DNA of 64,000 bases, taken from NCBI GenBank assembly GCA_041484665.1, contig JBGPIA010000001.1:608001-672000 (forward strand), read 5' to 3'. Source of the DNA: Candidatus Krumholzibacteriia bacterium. Its GTDB lineage: Bacteria > Krumholzibacteriota > Krumholzibacteriia > JAJRXK01. Position 1 is the first letter of the stretch. The number at the start of each line of letters is the position of its first letter. The notes under the pieces are model-generated. The model saw only the letters and a program-made list of their open reading frames with translations. It did no database searches and had not been told where the DNA came from. Shown here piece by piece: positions 1-10,743 of this stretch. The translations under genes were made by a program, and so were the position numbers.

Positions 1-1672
1 CACGGTGGACGAGGGCTCCAACTGGCTCGCCACCACCGACGTCACCCCGGAACACGACGGGATGCGGGTGGCGGCCGGCAAGGCGTCCGCGGCATTCTCG
101 GGCGACCCGGTGGTCATCGACACGCTGCGCCGCCTGCGCGCCCAGAGCGCGCAGCTCGACGCCCTCACCGTGCGCCAGCTCGAGAAGGCCTGGCTGGACG
201 CCGCGGAGGCGCCCGGGACCATCCCCGACGTCGTCAACGCCCGCATCGAGGCCGAGTCGCGCCAGAGCAGCACGCTCGACAGCTTCGAGTTCTGCCTGGA
301 GCGCAACGCCGAAGGCAGCTGCGTCAAGGTGCTCACCGCCAACCAGATCGACGATCTGCTGCTGAAGAGCCGCGACCTGGCCGAGCGCCAGCGGGTCTGG
401 GAAGCGAGCAAGGAGAGCGGCAAGGCCCTCAAGCCCGGACTGATCCAGCTGCAGAAGCTGCGCAACGCGGTCGCCAAGGAGATGGGATACGACTCCTTCT
501 TCGCGCTGCAGGTGGCCGACTACGGCATGACCGTGCCCGAGATGATGGCGATGCTCGACCAGTGGCTGCAGGATCTGCAACCTCTCTACGTGGAGCTGCA
601 CACGTGGGCCAAGTACAGCCTCGCCAAGCGCTACAACCAGCCCGTGCCCAAGAGCATTCCCGCCCACTGGCTGGGCAACCGCTGGTCGCAGAGCTGGCCG
701 GGGCTGGTGGACGCGGTCGACCTCGACGCGCTGTTCAAGGACAAGAGCCCCGAGCAGATCGTGAAGATGGGAGAGAGCTTCTACGTGTCGATGGGCTTTC
801 CCAGCCTGCCGCCGACCTTCTGGGAGCGCAGCGATCTCTATCCCGTCGACCCCAAGAGCGGCCGCAAGAAGAACACGCACGCCAGCGCATGGCACATCGA
901 CCTCGATCACGACGTGCGTTCGCTGATGAGCGTGGAGAGCAATGCCGAGTGGTTCGGCACGGTCCACCACGAGCTGGGGCACATCTACTATTACCTGTCC
1001 TACACCCGGCCCGAGGTGCCCGTGCTGCTGCGCGCTGGCGCCAACCGTGGCTTCCACGAGGGGATCGGCGAGCAGATCACCATCGCCGCGTTCCAGGCGC
1101 CGTATCTCCGGCAGGTCGGCATCCTGCCCGAGGGCTACAAGGTCGATCCCATCCTGTGGCTCTTGAACGAGGCGCTGACCGAGACCGTGACGTTCCTGCC
1201 ATGGGCCGCCGGCACCATGAGCCACTGGGAGCATGACCTCTACGAGGAGAATCTCTCCCCCGAGCAGTGGAACAAGCGCTGGTGGGAGTACGTGGCGAAG
1301 TACCAGGGCGTCGAGCCGCCAGCGCAGCGCGCTGGCGAGGAGCTCTGCGACCCCGCGACTAAGACCCACGTCAACGACGACCCGGCGCAGTATTACGACT
1401 ACGCCCTGGCGACCGTGCTGAAGTACCAGCTCCACAACCAAATCGCCAAACAGATCCTCAAGCAGCCGGCGACCAGTTGCAGCTACTACGGCAGCAAGGA
1501 AACGGGGACCTTCTTGCGGTCGATCCTGGAGAAGGGCGCCACGCAGGACTGGCGCAAGGTGCTGGTTGAGGCCACCGGTGAGCCGCTCTCGACGCGGGCG
1601 ATGATGGAGTACTTCCAGCCCCTGTACGAATGGCTGCAGAAGGAGAACAAGGGCAGGCAGAAGGGGTGGTAG
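1..1672 (+). CDS. M2 family zinc metallopeptidase (peptidyl-dipeptidase A / ACE-like), 5'-truncated by the window
   Basis: HHELGHIYY (HExxH) and downstream GANRGFHEGIGE, plus HASAW and WWEYVAKYQGVEPP, typical of ACE-family peptidases. Confidence 0.92.
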   Translation, partial: TVDEGSNWLATTDVTPEHDGMRVAAGKASAAFSGDPVVIDTLRRLRAQSAQLDALTVRQLEKAWLDAAEAPGTIPDVVNARIEAESRQSSTLDSFEFCLERNAEGSCVKVLTANQIDDLLLKSRDLAERQRVWEASKESGKALKPGLIQLQKLRNAVAKEMGYDSFFALQVADYGMTVPEMMAMLDQWLQDLQPLYVELHTWAKYSLAKRYNQPVPKSIPAHWLGNRWSQSWPGLVDAVDLDALFKDKSPEQIVKMGESFYVSMGFPSLPPTFWERSDLYPVDPKSGRKKNTHASAWHIDLDHDVRSLMSVESNAEWFGTVHHELGHIYYYLSYTRPEVPVLLRAGANRGFHEGIGEQITIAAFQAPYLRQVGILPEGYKVDPILWLLNEALTETVTFLPWAAGTMSHWEHDLYEENLSPEQWNKRWWEYVAKYQGVEPPAQRAGEELCDPATKTHVNDDPAQYYDYALATVLKYQLHNQIAKQILKQPATSCSYYGSKETGTFLRSILEKGATQDWRKVLVEATGEPLSTRAMMEYFQPLYEWLQKENKGRQKGW

Positions 1673-1935
1673 CGGGCGGCCCTCCTGGACCGGCGTTCCG
1701 GACGCTCGCGAGGGAGGCGAGCGCTGGCAGAACGGCGTGCCCCCAGCGATCCACGCAGGCTGCGTCCACGATGTGCACCAGACGCTGATCGCTCGTCAGT
1801 TGAGGCGTTGAGCCGGGTAGACTCCCGCGTCCCGGGTGCAAAGCCCAGCCAGCCTGCTCGCCGGGCGGCCGCTCGAGGGCCAAGCTCGCCCCCCGCGTCC
1901 GATCCGCGCCGTCGACGATCTCGGCCCGCCCCCCC

Positions 1936-1964
1936 TTGCATTTGTGTCTCATCTACACTATCGT
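1936..1964 (+). promoter_or_regulatory. sigma70-type promoter overlapped by a candidate NrtR operator
   Basis: TTGCAT (1936-1941), 17-nt spacer, TATCGT (1959-1964); dyad GTGT-N7-ACAC at 1944-1958 fits the NrtR GT-N7-AC core. Confidence 0.65.
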
Positions 1965-1971
1965 TTGTGTC

Positions 1972-2706
1972 GTGCCTACACCGACTGACAGCCACAGGAC
2001 CGAGGGTCCGACGACCCTCGTGGACTCCCACCACCTCCCGGACCTGCCGGTCACGGTGGATACCGTGATCCTCACGGTGCTGGAGGGGGCGCTGCAGGTC
2101 CTGTTGGTGCGCCGCCTGGATGACCCGTTCGCGGGCCTCTGGGCGCTGCCGGGGGGGTTCGTGAGGCGAGAGGAGCCACTGGAGGAGGCGGCGCTGCGCG
2201 AGTTGCGGGAGGCCACCGGCACGACCGATGTCTATCTGGAGCAGCTCTACACCTTCGGTGCGCCGGGCCGCGACACGCGCGGGCGCGTAGTCAGCGTGGC
2301 CTACGTGGCGCTGGTGGCGGCCGACAGGGTGCCCCTGGCTCCCCACCGCTTGGAAGCCGAGGCGCGCTGGTGGCCGGTGTATGCGCTGCCGCCCATGGCC
2401 TTCGACCACGGCCCGATGATCGATGTCGCTCTGCGCCGGGTGCGAACGAAGCTGGAGTACACGACGATCGGCTTCCAGCTCGTGCCATCGACCTTCAGTC
2501 TGGTCGAGCTGCAGTCGATCTACGAGGTGGTGCTCGGGCGCGGCCTCGACAAGCGCAACTTCCGGCGCAAGCTGCGCCTGCTGGGGCTGGTCGAGCCCAC
2601 GCAGCAGCGCCGCGCCGAGGGCCCGGGCCGCCCGGCGATGCTGTACCGCTTCCCGAGGGTGGACTTCGTCAACCTGCGGGACCGCGGGATCCACGTCCCG
2701 TTCTAG
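1972..2706 (+). CDS. nrtR: NrtR-family Nudix-related transcriptional regulator
   Basis: WALPGGFV...AALRELREATG Nudix box, YLEQLYTFG, C-terminal wHTH (LDKRNFRRKL...GRPAMLYRF); directly upstream of nadA; GTG start at 1972 inferred. Confidence 0.88.
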   Translation: MPTPTDSHRTEGPTTLVDSHHLPDLPVTVDTVILTVLEGALQVLLVRRLDDPFAGLWALPGGFVRREEPLEEAALRELREATGTTDVYLEQLYTFGAPGRDTRGRVVSVAYVALVAADRVPLAPHRLEAEARWWPVYALPPMAFDHGPMIDVALRRVRTKLEYTTIGFQLVPSTFSLVELQSIYEVVLGRGLDKRNFRRKLRLLGLVEPTQQRRAEGPGRPAMLYRFPRVDFVNLRDRGIHVPF

Positions 2707-2744
2707 CCCCTCCCTGCGAGGCCCCTGTGAGCGAGGAACTTGAA

Positions 2745-3881
2745 GTGAGCACGACCTACACCCCCCTGCCCGACTCGATCACGTCCCTGCCGGCGGAGGA
2801 CCTCCAGGCCCGGATCGTCGCGGCCCGACGCCTGCTGGGCAAGGAGCTCGTGATCCTGGGCCACCACTACCAGGCCGACGATGTGATCCGCCACGCTGAC
2901 TGCACCGGGGACAGCTTCAAGCTGGCGCAGCACGCGGCGGCGCAGAAGCACTCGCCGTACGTGATCATGTGCGGCGTGCATTTCATGGCCGAGAGCGCCG
3001 ACATCCTCACCAGCGACCGGCAGACGGTGATCTTGCCGGACCTGGCGGCTGGCTGCTCCATGGCCGACATGGCTGACATCGACGACGTCGAGGAGGCGTG
3101 GGACCTGCTGAACGCGCTGGGCGCGGGCGGGATCGTGCCCATCACCTACATCAATTCCAGCGCGGCCATCAAGGACTTCTGCGGCCGCCACGGCGGCGTG
3201 GTGTGCACCAGCAGCAATGCGGCGAAGGTGCTCACCTGGGCCTTCGAGCGCGGTGAGCGGGCGATGTTCATCCCCGACCAGCACCTGGGTCGCAATACGG
3301 CTTACGCCATGGGCATTCCGCTGGAGCAGATGCCGCTGTGGGATCCCAAGGCCAGCAAGGGGGGCGCGAGCCCTGACGTCTACCGCCAAAGTAAGGTGAT
3401 CCTCTGGCGCGGTCACTGCAGCGTGCACGCCAAGTTCACCCTCGACGGCGTCGAGCGCATCCGCGCCGCCGATCCGGCCTTCAAGATTCTCGTGCACCCC
3501 GAGTGCAACTTCCAGGTCGTGCAGGCCGCCGATCTGGTCGGTTCCACGGAGTTCATCATCCGCGCTGTCGAGGGCGCTGCCGCAGGAGCGAAGTGGGCGA
3601 TCGGGACCGAGTTCCACCTGGTAAATCGCCTGGCGGACCAGCACCCCGAGCAGACGATCGTGAGCTTGGCGGGGATCCAGTGCGCCTGCGCCACGATGTA
3701 CCGCATCGACCCGCCCCACCTGCTATGGGCGCTGGAGAACCTGGCGCGGGGCCAGGTCGTGAACCCCATCCACGTCCGCAAGGATGTGGCCGAGGGCGCG
3801 CGCCTGGCGCTCGACCGCATGCTCGCCTTGCGCGGCGACGGGGCGGTTGGCAAGGCGAAGCTGGCAATGGCGCCGGCCTAG
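2745..3881 (+). CDS. nadA: Quinolinate synthase A
   Basis: ILGHHYQ, CGVHFMAESA, AGCSMAD, YINSSA, GHCSVH, HPEC, CACATM motifs; GTG start after a GAGGA SD (2727 is an alternative). Confidence 0.95.
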   Translation: MSTTYTPLPDSITSLPAEDLQARIVAARRLLGKELVILGHHYQADDVIRHADCTGDSFKLAQHAAAQKHSPYVIMCGVHFMAESADILTSDRQTVILPDLAAGCSMADMADIDDVEEAWDLLNALGAGGIVPITYINSSAAIKDFCGRHGGVVCTSSNAAKVLTWAFERGERAMFIPDQHLGRNTAYAMGIPLEQMPLWDPKASKGGASPDVYRQSKVILWRGHCSVHAKFTLDGVERIRAADPAFKILVHPECNFQVVQAADLVGSTEFIIRAVEGAAAGAKWAIGTEFHLVNRLADQHPEQTIVSLAGIQCACATMYRIDPPHLLWALENLARGQVVNPIHVRKDVAEGARLALDRMLALRGDGAVGKAKLAMAPA

Positions 3882-4206
3882 TTGCACCACCGGCCGCAGC
3901 GGGCCGCCTTGCCATCCGCATCCTGACCGGCCCCTGTGGCGCCCGGGGCGGATCGCCGGTACGTCGCTGACGGCGGCCTCCCGCAACCCGGGCGGCGCTG
4001 CGCACGTATCGCTTGCCGACCGCGAGCCGGTGGACTTCCTTTGCGATCGCCTGACCTGGGGCGACCAGCGGCGCCGGTCACAACCACAGACTGCATCCAG
4101 CGGCCCCCGCGCTTCCACCCGCCCCGCCCCGGATGGTAAGCTGCCAGTTCCCCGCACTGGCACTCGCGACCGCTGCCAGCCGCCCCTTATTCCCGCCGGA
4201 GGATCC

Positions 4207-6996
4207 ATGATCCGCAGATTCCCGAGAGCGATGGCCGCCCTGGCCATCGCCTGCCTGGGGCTCTGGCCCGCCGTCTCGGTCCACGCCGACGACGCCACCG
4301 CCAAGTCCAAGCTCCCCGAATTCAAGACCGAGACCTTCACGCTCTCCAACGGACTACAGGTGATCCTGCACGAGGACCACAGCACGCCCATCGCCGCGGT
4401 CGACATCTGGTACCACGTGGGCAGCAAGAACGAGCGCAGAGGTCGCACCGGCTTCGCCCACCTCTTCGAGCACATGATGTTCCAGGGGAGCCAGCACAAC
4501 GAGGACGAGTACTTCGGCCCCATCCAGGAGGCGGGCGGCACCCTCAACGGCTCCACGAACGAGGACCGGACCAATTACTGGGAGGTCGTGCCAAGCAACT
4601 ACCTCGAGCGCGCGCTGATGGTGGAGGCCGACCGCATGGGCTGGCTGTTGCCGGCCATGACCAAGGAAAAGCTCAGCAATCAGCAGGAGGTCGTGCGCAA
4701 CGAGCGCCGGCAGAGCGGGGAGAACCAGCCCTACGGCGTCTTCTTCCTGCAGCTCAATGAGCTCATCTACCCCCCCGAGCATCCCTACGGCCACAGCGTC
4801 ATCGGAAGCCACGAGGACCTCGAGGCGGCGAGCCTGGAGGACGTGAAGGACTTCTTCCGCACCTATTACACGCCGTGCAACGCAACGCTGTGCATCGGCG
4901 GCGACATCGATCCCAAGCAGGCCCGCGCGTGGGCGGAGAGGTACTTCGGGCCGATCGCCCCGGGCAAGCCCGTCCAGCAGCTCGACCGCTGGGTCCCCGA
5001 TTGGACGGCCGACCGCCGCGTGACCATGGAGGACCGCGTGCAGCTGCCGCGGGTGTACTGCGTGTGGCACTCCCCGGCCTCGTACGACGACGGGGACGCC
5101 GCCCTCAGCCTGCTCGCCCGCATCCTGAGCGATGGGAAGGGCAGCCGCTTGTACAACCGGCTGGTCTACACCGAGCAGATCGCCCAGGACGTGCGCGCGA
5201 GTCAAAACTCGTCACAGCTGGCCAGCACGTTCATCGTGTCGGCCACCGCCAAGCCGCAGCAGACCCCGCAGGCGATCGAAGCGGCGCTGCAGGAGGAGAT
5301 CGCGCGCCTGCTGGACAAGGGCGTGACCGGCGATGAGCTGCAGCGCGCCAAGTCCTCTTTCGAGCGCGAGTTCATCGACGGCTGGGCGCGGGTCGGCAGC
5401 TTCGGCGGCCGCGTCGATCGCTTCAACGAGTACAACCACTACGTCGGACGGCCCGACTACATGCGGCAGGATTTCGACCGCCACATGCGCCTGAGCGTGG
5501 CCGACGTCAACGCCGCGGCAAGGCGCTGGCTGGCCAAGGGTCACCTGATTGCCCAGGTCGTCCCCTTCGGCAAGCCCGCCGAGTCCAAGGACACGGCCGA
5601 CCGCACCCGCATCCCGGGGGCGAACGGCCCCGACCCGGTGCTGGCGCTGCCGAAGATGCAGCGCGAGACCCTGTCCAACGGGCTCACGCTGCTGCTGATG
5701 GAGCAGCACGAGATCCCCGTCGTGCAGTTCAACATGGTATTCCGCGCAGGCAGCGCGGCCGATCCGGTTGGCCTCGCGGGTCTGGCCGCCTTCACGGCCG
5801 ACATGCTCGATGAGGGTACCAAGACGCGCAGCGCAGTTGCGATCAGCGAGGCCGCGCGCGAGCTGGGCGCCGATCTCACGATCGCGTCGAGCTGGGATGG
5901 GATCACGGCGTCCATCGGCTCGCTGCGCAAGAACATGGATGGCGCGCTGGCGCTCCTCTCCGACGTCGTGCGCAACCCGGCCTTCGACCCCAAAGAGGCT
6001 CAGCGCGTGCGCACGACGCGCCAGACGCAGTACCTCCAGAGCAAGGACAATCCCAATGCGCTGGCGAACCGCATCGGGGCCAGGGCCGTCTTCCCCGCGA
6101 GCCACCCCTACTCCTTCACGGAGATGGGCACCGACAAGACGCTCGCGGCGATCGCGCCCGCGGCGATGCGCGACTTCTACGCGAAGGACCTGGTGCCCGC
6201 CAATGCCACGCTGATCGCCGTCGGCGACCTGACGATGGCCGACCTGAAGAAGAGCGCCGTGGAGGCCATGGGCGCGTGGACGGGCGGGCCCGCGCCCAGC
6301 GTGAATGTCCCGGATGCCCCTGCACTTTCCGGCATCAAGCTGGTGCTGGTGGACAAGCCCGGCGCGACGCAGAGCATCGTCATCTTGGGTCAGCTCGGAG
6401 TGGCGCGCGGCAACCCGGACGAATACGCGATCCGGGTCATGAATCAGTCCCTGGGCGGGCAGTTCATGAGCCGCATCAACCTCAACCTGCGCGAGGACAA
6501 GGGTTACACCTACGGAGCGCGCTCGTTCTTCGACATGCGACGCACGCCGGGCCCGTTCATCGCGACCGCCGCGGTCCAAACCGAGGTGACCGCCCTGGCG
6601 GTCACGGAGTTCATGAAGGAGCTGCGCGACGTCCACGGAGCGCGGCCGCTGAGCGACAAGGAGCTGCAGGACGCCCGCGCCTCGCTCACGTTGGGCTTCG
6701 CACGGCAGTTCGAGACGGCGTCCGACCTGGCGAATCGCCTGACCGATCTGGTGCTCTACAACCTGCCAGCGGACCACTTCGAGACGTTCGTGCCGAAGGT
6801 CCAGGCCGTCTCCCTGGAGCAGGCGAACCATGCCGGCCGCGACTACGTCCACCCGGACAAGCTGGCCGTGGTCGTGGTGGGCGACCTGTCGAGGATCGAG
6901 AAGGACCTGCTGGCGCTGCAACTGGGGCCGGTGGAGTACCGCGATCTGGACGGCAACCTGATGGAGCGGCCGCAGCTCAGCAGCCTGGGGCAGTAG
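4207..6996 (+). CDS. M16 (pitrilysin/PqqL-like) zinc protease, secreted, two-module
   Basis: Signal peptide; GFAHLFEHMMFQGS (HxxEH); second module with NLREDKGYTYG. Confidence 0.93.
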   Translation: MIRRFPRAMAALAIACLGLWPAVSVHADDATAKSKLPEFKTETFTLSNGLQVILHEDHSTPIAAVDIWYHVGSKNERRGRTGFAHLFEHMMFQGSQHNEDEYFGPIQEAGGTLNGSTNEDRTNYWEVVPSNYLERALMVEADRMGWLLPAMTKEKLSNQQEVVRNERRQSGENQPYGVFFLQLNELIYPPEHPYGHSVIGSHEDLEAASLEDVKDFFRTYYTPCNATLCIGGDIDPKQARAWAERYFGPIAPGKPVQQLDRWVPDWTADRRVTMEDRVQLPRVYCVWHSPASYDDGDAALSLLARILSDGKGSRLYNRLVYTEQIAQDVRASQNSSQLASTFIVSATAKPQQTPQAIEAALQEEIARLLDKGVTGDELQRAKSSFEREFIDGWARVGSFGGRVDRFNEYNHYVGRPDYMRQDFDRHMRLSVADVNAAARRWLAKGHLIAQVVPFGKPAESKDTADRTRIPGANGPDPVLALPKMQRETLSNGLTLLLMEQHEIPVVQFNMVFRAGSAADPVGLAGLAAFTADMLDEGTKTRSAVAISEAARELGADLTIASSWDGITASIGSLRKNMDGALALLSDVVRNPAFDPKEAQRVRTTRQTQYLQSKDNPNALANRIGARAVFPASHPYSFTEMGTDKTLAAIAPAAMRDFYAKDLVPANATLIAVGDLTMADLKKSAVEAMGAWTGGPAPSVNVPDAPALSGIKLVLVDKPGATQSIVILGQLGVARGNPDEYAIRVMNQSLGGQFMSRINLNLREDKGYTYGARSFFDMRRTPGPFIATAAVQTEVTALAVTEFMKELRDVHGARPLSDKELQDARASLTLGFARQFETASDLANRLTDLVLYNLPADHFETFVPKVQAVSLEQANHAGRDYVHPDKLAVVVVGDLSRIEKDLLALQLGPVEYRDLDGNLMERPQLSSLGQ

Positions 6997-7038
6997 GCTC
7001 GATCGGCACGGCGCGCCTCGCGCGCCCGGCGTCGACGA

Positions 7039-7073
7039 GAGCGGCCCGGATCGCAACGCGAGCCGGGCCGCTC
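7039..7073. terminator. GC-rich hairpin between convergent genes (probable bidirectional terminator)
   Basis: GAGCGGCCCGG...CCGGGCCGCTC 11-bp inverted repeat with inner TCGC/GCGA stem. Confidence 0.6.
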
Positions 7074-7270
7074 GTCATCATATCCCACGCCATCGTACCT
7101 CCGCCGCCTGGCCCGGGTTGCGCAATGCCACCCGCTGGGGCCTGCAGCTACTGGCCATCTTTACCGTGGTGTGCCAGCACGCGGGCGAAGCACCAGATCG
7201 TCAGGCCCCACACGAAGCCGACCGACAGCACCATGAAGATCCACCCTCCTGCCTGCACGGCGGCGTCCTC

Positions 7271-8845
7271 CTAGTCGTTGGGGGGGTACTTGCCGTCGAG
7301 ATCCAGATCCAGCTCGCGCCAGCGCAGCTCGCCGCGCCGCGTCATCACCAGGAACACGAGCCAGGTGACCGCGATCACGGCCACCGACCCGACGGCCACC
7401 CGGTTGCTGGAGAGGTTCCGGACGTAGCCCGGGAGGCTCTGGATGCAGAAACCCACCAGCACCACCAGCAGGTACAGGGGCGAGACGTACTTCATGATGA
7501 ACATGAAGATGCGGGGGATGCGGATGAGCGCCCCGGTGTGCGCCTCCTCCCATCCCCGCTTGATGCCGAACACCCACGCGAACGTGATGATCTGCACGGC
7601 CGCCATCGCGAACACGAGGAACGTCCCGACCCAGAAATCGATGGTGTCGAGTGCCGTCAGCCCCTGGCTGAAGAAGATCACGAACAGCGAGCCGAGCAAC
7701 GCCATCACGCCAAGGACGGCCGCAGCCTTCTTGCGATCCCATCCCATCGCTTCGCCCAGGAAGGCCAGGACCGGCTGGAGCATCGACAGCGAGCTGGTGA
7801 TTGCCGCCAGGAACAACATGAGAAACCAGACAGCGCCGATGAAGCGCCCAAACGAGCCCATGTACTGGAACACAACCGGCAGCGTGTTGAAGCCTAGCCC
7901 GAACGTGCCACCCACCGCGGCGGTGGCCCCCAGGAACACGAACGCCGCCGGGATCGTGATCAGGCCGCCGAACCCCACCTCGAACAGCTCGTTGGTCGCC
8001 GACGCCGTCAGGCCCGAGAGCACGACATCGTCCTTCTTCCCGAGGTAGGCCGCGTAGTTGATGATCACGCCGAAACCCACCGAGAGCGTGAAGAAGATCT
8101 GCCCGCCCGCGGCGAGCCAGGTGGCGAAGTGGGTGAGCTCGTGGAAGTTGGGATTCCACATGAAACCGAGCCCATTCAGGACGCTGCGCCCGGACCCGGC
8201 CAGGGGCGTCCCCAGCGTGAGCACTCGCCCGAGCACGATCAAGGCGCATACCGCCATGGTAGGCATCGCGGCCGAGCAGAACGCCTCGATCCCCTTGGAG
8301 AGGCCGCGATAGATCAGCCAGAAGTTCAAAGCCCCGGTGATGATCCAGAACACGAAGGTGGGATGGATGCCGTGCAACAGGAGCCCATTGGCGTCCGTCG
8401 CGGCGACCCTTGTGAACAACGCCTGGGACGCCTGGACGTAGCCCGACGGATCGCTGCCGAGATGCACGCCGCCCACCAGGTACTCGAAGAAGTATCGCAG
8501 GCACCAGGCCTCGACCAGCGCGTAGTAGTAGAACACGGCGAGCGGAATCAGCAGCCCGAGCGTTCCGATGTAGCGGGTCACGCGGCCGCGGCCGATCACC
8601 CCCAGGATCGCGGGCGCGGACCGGAATCCCTTGCGTCCTCCGTAGCGCCCCATGGTCCACTCGGCCCAGCAGATGGGGATACCGAGCAGGAACAGCGCAC
8701 AGAAGTACGGGATCATGAACGCCCCGCCGCCGTGCTGGGCCGCCTGCCCGGGAAAGCGCAGGAAATTGCCCAAACCGACGGCCGAGCCTGCCACCGCCAG
8801 GATCACGCCCAGGCGGCTGCCCCACTGCTCCTTCTGCTGCGCCAT
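7271..8845 (-). CDS. Sodium-dependent transporter, NSS/SNF (LeuT-like) family
   Basis: WGSRLGVILAVAGSAVGLGNFLRFP, GGGAFMIPY, QIFFTLSVGFG; many TM helices. Confidence 0.95.
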   Translation of the reverse strand: MAQQKEQWGSRLGVILAVAGSAVGLGNFLRFPGQAAQHGGGAFMIPYFCALFLLGIPICWAEWTMGRYGGRKGFRSAPAILGVIGRGRVTRYIGTLGLLIPLAVFYYYALVEAWCLRYFFEYLVGGVHLGSDPSGYVQASQALFTRVAATDANGLLLHGIHPTFVFWIITGALNFWLIYRGLSKGIEAFCSAAMPTMAVCALIVLGRVLTLGTPLAGSGRSVLNGLGFMWNPNFHELTHFATWLAAGGQIFFTLSVGFGVIINYAAYLGKKDDVVLSGLTASATNELFEVGFGGLITIPAAFVFLGATAAVGGTFGLGFNTLPVVFQYMGSFGRFIGAVWFLMLFLAAITSSLSMLQPVLAFLGEAMGWDRKKAAAVLGVMALLGSLFVIFFSQGLTALDTIDFWVGTFLVFAMAAVQIITFAWVFGIKRGWEEAHTGALIRIPRIFMFIMKYVSPLYLLVVLVGFCIQSLPGYVRNLSSNRVAVGSVAVIAVTWLVFLVMTRRGELRWRELDLDLDGKYPPND

Positions 8846-8927
8846 GCCGAAGGCTTCCTGCGCGACGGGGAGGTCAGACGTTAACACACGCGTTGCGGGC
8901 CGCAGAAGGGGTGAAGTTCGCGGGCGC

Positions 8928-10076
8928 TCAACGTGCCGCGCCGCTGAGACGCTGCGCCTTCTCCTGCAGGCTGGCCAGCAGGTCGTCGAAGCTCTTCGCG
9001 AACTTGTCGACACCGTCGCGCAGGAGCAGCTCGGTGATCTCGTCCATGTCGAGCCCTAAGGCCGCGAGTTTGCGGAAGAGGGTGATTGCCCAGTCGGCGT
9101 CCTGCAGCACGCGGTCGGGCGCGGGTTGGCCGTGATCGCGGTAAGCAGCGATGGTGGCGGTAGGCATGGTGTTGACCGTGTCGCGGCCGATGAGGGTCTC
9201 CACGTACATCACGTCGGAGTATGCTTTGTCCTTCGTGCTAGTGCTGGCCCACAGCGGGCGCTGGACGCGGGCGCCTTTGGCGACCAGGGTCTTCCAGCGC
9301 TTGCCGGAGAAGATCCGCAGGAAATTCTGGTAGGCCTGGCGGGCGTTGGCGATGGCAGCCTTGCCGCGCAGCGCTTGGGCCAAGTCGGTCCCGGTGGCAT
9401 CCAGCCGAGCGTCCACCAGCGAGTCGACGCGGCTGACGAAGAAGCTCGCCACCGAAGCGATGCGATCCACCGGCTGGTCGCGTCGCACGCGCTCCTCCAG
9501 CGCGTCCAGGTAGGCCAGCATGACGTCCTCGTGCGCGCGCTGGGCGAAGAGCAGCGTGACGTTCACGTTCAGGCCCGCTGTCAGGCACTCACGGATGGCC
9601 GGCAGCCCTTGCGCTGTCCCGGGAATCTTGATCATCAGATTCGGACAGCCGACACGCTGCCAGAGCGCCTTCGCCTGCGCCACCGTCGCTGCGGCGTCGT
9701 AGGCCAGGTGCGGATCGACCTCCAGGCTGACGAAGCCGTCGCCGCCTTCCGACTCGTCGTAGACGGGTCGCAGGACCGCGCAGGCGTCCTTGATGTCGAG
9801 GACGGCGAGCTCCCAGAAAATCTCCGCGGGCCGCTTTCCCTCGCCTGCGAGTCGGACGATGGCCGCATCGTAGTCGTCGCTGCGGGCAATCGCCTCGTGG
9901 AAGATCGTAGGGTTGCTCGTGATGCCCCGCACGCCGTCCTCGTCGCGCATCCGCTTCAGCTCGCCCTTGTCCAGGGCGTGACGGGAGAGCGAGTCCCACC
10001 AGAAGGACTGGCCGTGATCGTGCAGTCGGCGCAGGGGGTTGTCGGCGACGGATCGACGGCTCTGGTCTGCGCTCAT
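8928..10076 (-). CDS. tal: Transaldolase (long type)
   Basis: GITSNPTIF, VSLEVDP, NLMIKIPGT, NVNVTLLF, ASFFVSRVD, RPLWASTSTK; ATGA overlap with rpiB. Confidence 0.95.
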   Translation of the reverse strand: MSADQSRRSVADNPLRRLHDHGQSFWWDSLSRHALDKGELKRMRDEDGVRGITSNPTIFHEAIARSDDYDAAIVRLAGEGKRPAEIFWELAVLDIKDACAVLRPVYDESEGGDGFVSLEVDPHLAYDAAATVAQAKALWQRVGCPNLMIKIPGTAQGLPAIRECLTAGLNVNVTLLFAQRAHEDVMLAYLDALEERVRRDQPVDRIASVASFFVSRVDSLVDARLDATGTDLAQALRGKAAIANARQAYQNFLRIFSGKRWKTLVAKGARVQRPLWASTSTKDKAYSDVMYVETLIGRDTVNTMPTATIAAYRDHGQPAPDRVLQDADWAITLFRKLAALGLDMDEITELLLRDGVDKFAKSFDDLLASLQEKAQRLSGAAR

Positions 10077-10543
10077 GGTTTGCTCTCCGGGAATGGTTGC
10101 TGGGTCTGCTCCAGACGGGCGATCTTGGCCATCCGGCGGGCGTGGCGCTCCTCGCCGGTGAAGCGCGCGCCAAGGAAGGCGTGCACCAGCTCCAAGACGA
10201 CGGCGCTGCCGACGATGCGCCCGCCCAGGCAGAGCACGTTCAGGTCGTCGTGCTCCACGCCCTGGTGCGCGCTGTAGGTATCGTGACAGACGCAGGCTCG
10301 GATACCGCGGATCTTGTTGGCTGCCACCGCCGCGCCCACACCGCTGCCACAGAGGATCACGCCTCGCTCCGCGCGGCGGTCCAGCATCGCTTGCGCCACG
10401 GCGGAGACGTAGTCGGGATAGTCGACGGGATCGATTGAATGGGTGCCGCAATCGACAGGCTCGTGTCCGCCAGCGCGGAGTGCGTCCAGCACCGCAGCCT
10501 TGAGCGGGTACCCGGCGTGATCGCAGCCGATGGCCACGCGCAT
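10073..10543 (-). CDS. rpiB: Ribose-5-phosphate isomerase B
   Basis: IGCDHAG, VDYPDY, ILCGSGVG, ANKIRGIRA, NVLCLGGR. Confidence 0.95.
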   Translation of the reverse strand: MRVAIGCDHAGYPLKAAVLDALRAGGHEPVDCGTHSIDPVDYPDYVSAVAQAMLDRRAERGVILCGSGVGAAVAANKIRGIRACVCHDTYSAHQGVEHDDLNVLCLGGRIVGSAVVLELVHAFLGARFTGEERHARRMAKIARLEQTQQPFPESKP

Positions 10544-10743
10544 GGAAGCTGGCCCCCTGCGCGGCCGGCGGCCGCGATCCAGAAGTGGGCGCGGCCGGTC
10601 CGCGGCGAGACAGTAGGCCTCAGTCTACGGGCTCGCCCCGCGGGCGGCAACCCAAGCAGTGCGGCCTCGCCGCCGGGCGGCGAGCGGGGTAGACTGATCG
10701 CCGCCGCGCCCGGCGCCGGGGCGGCTCCACACGGGAGGTATCG

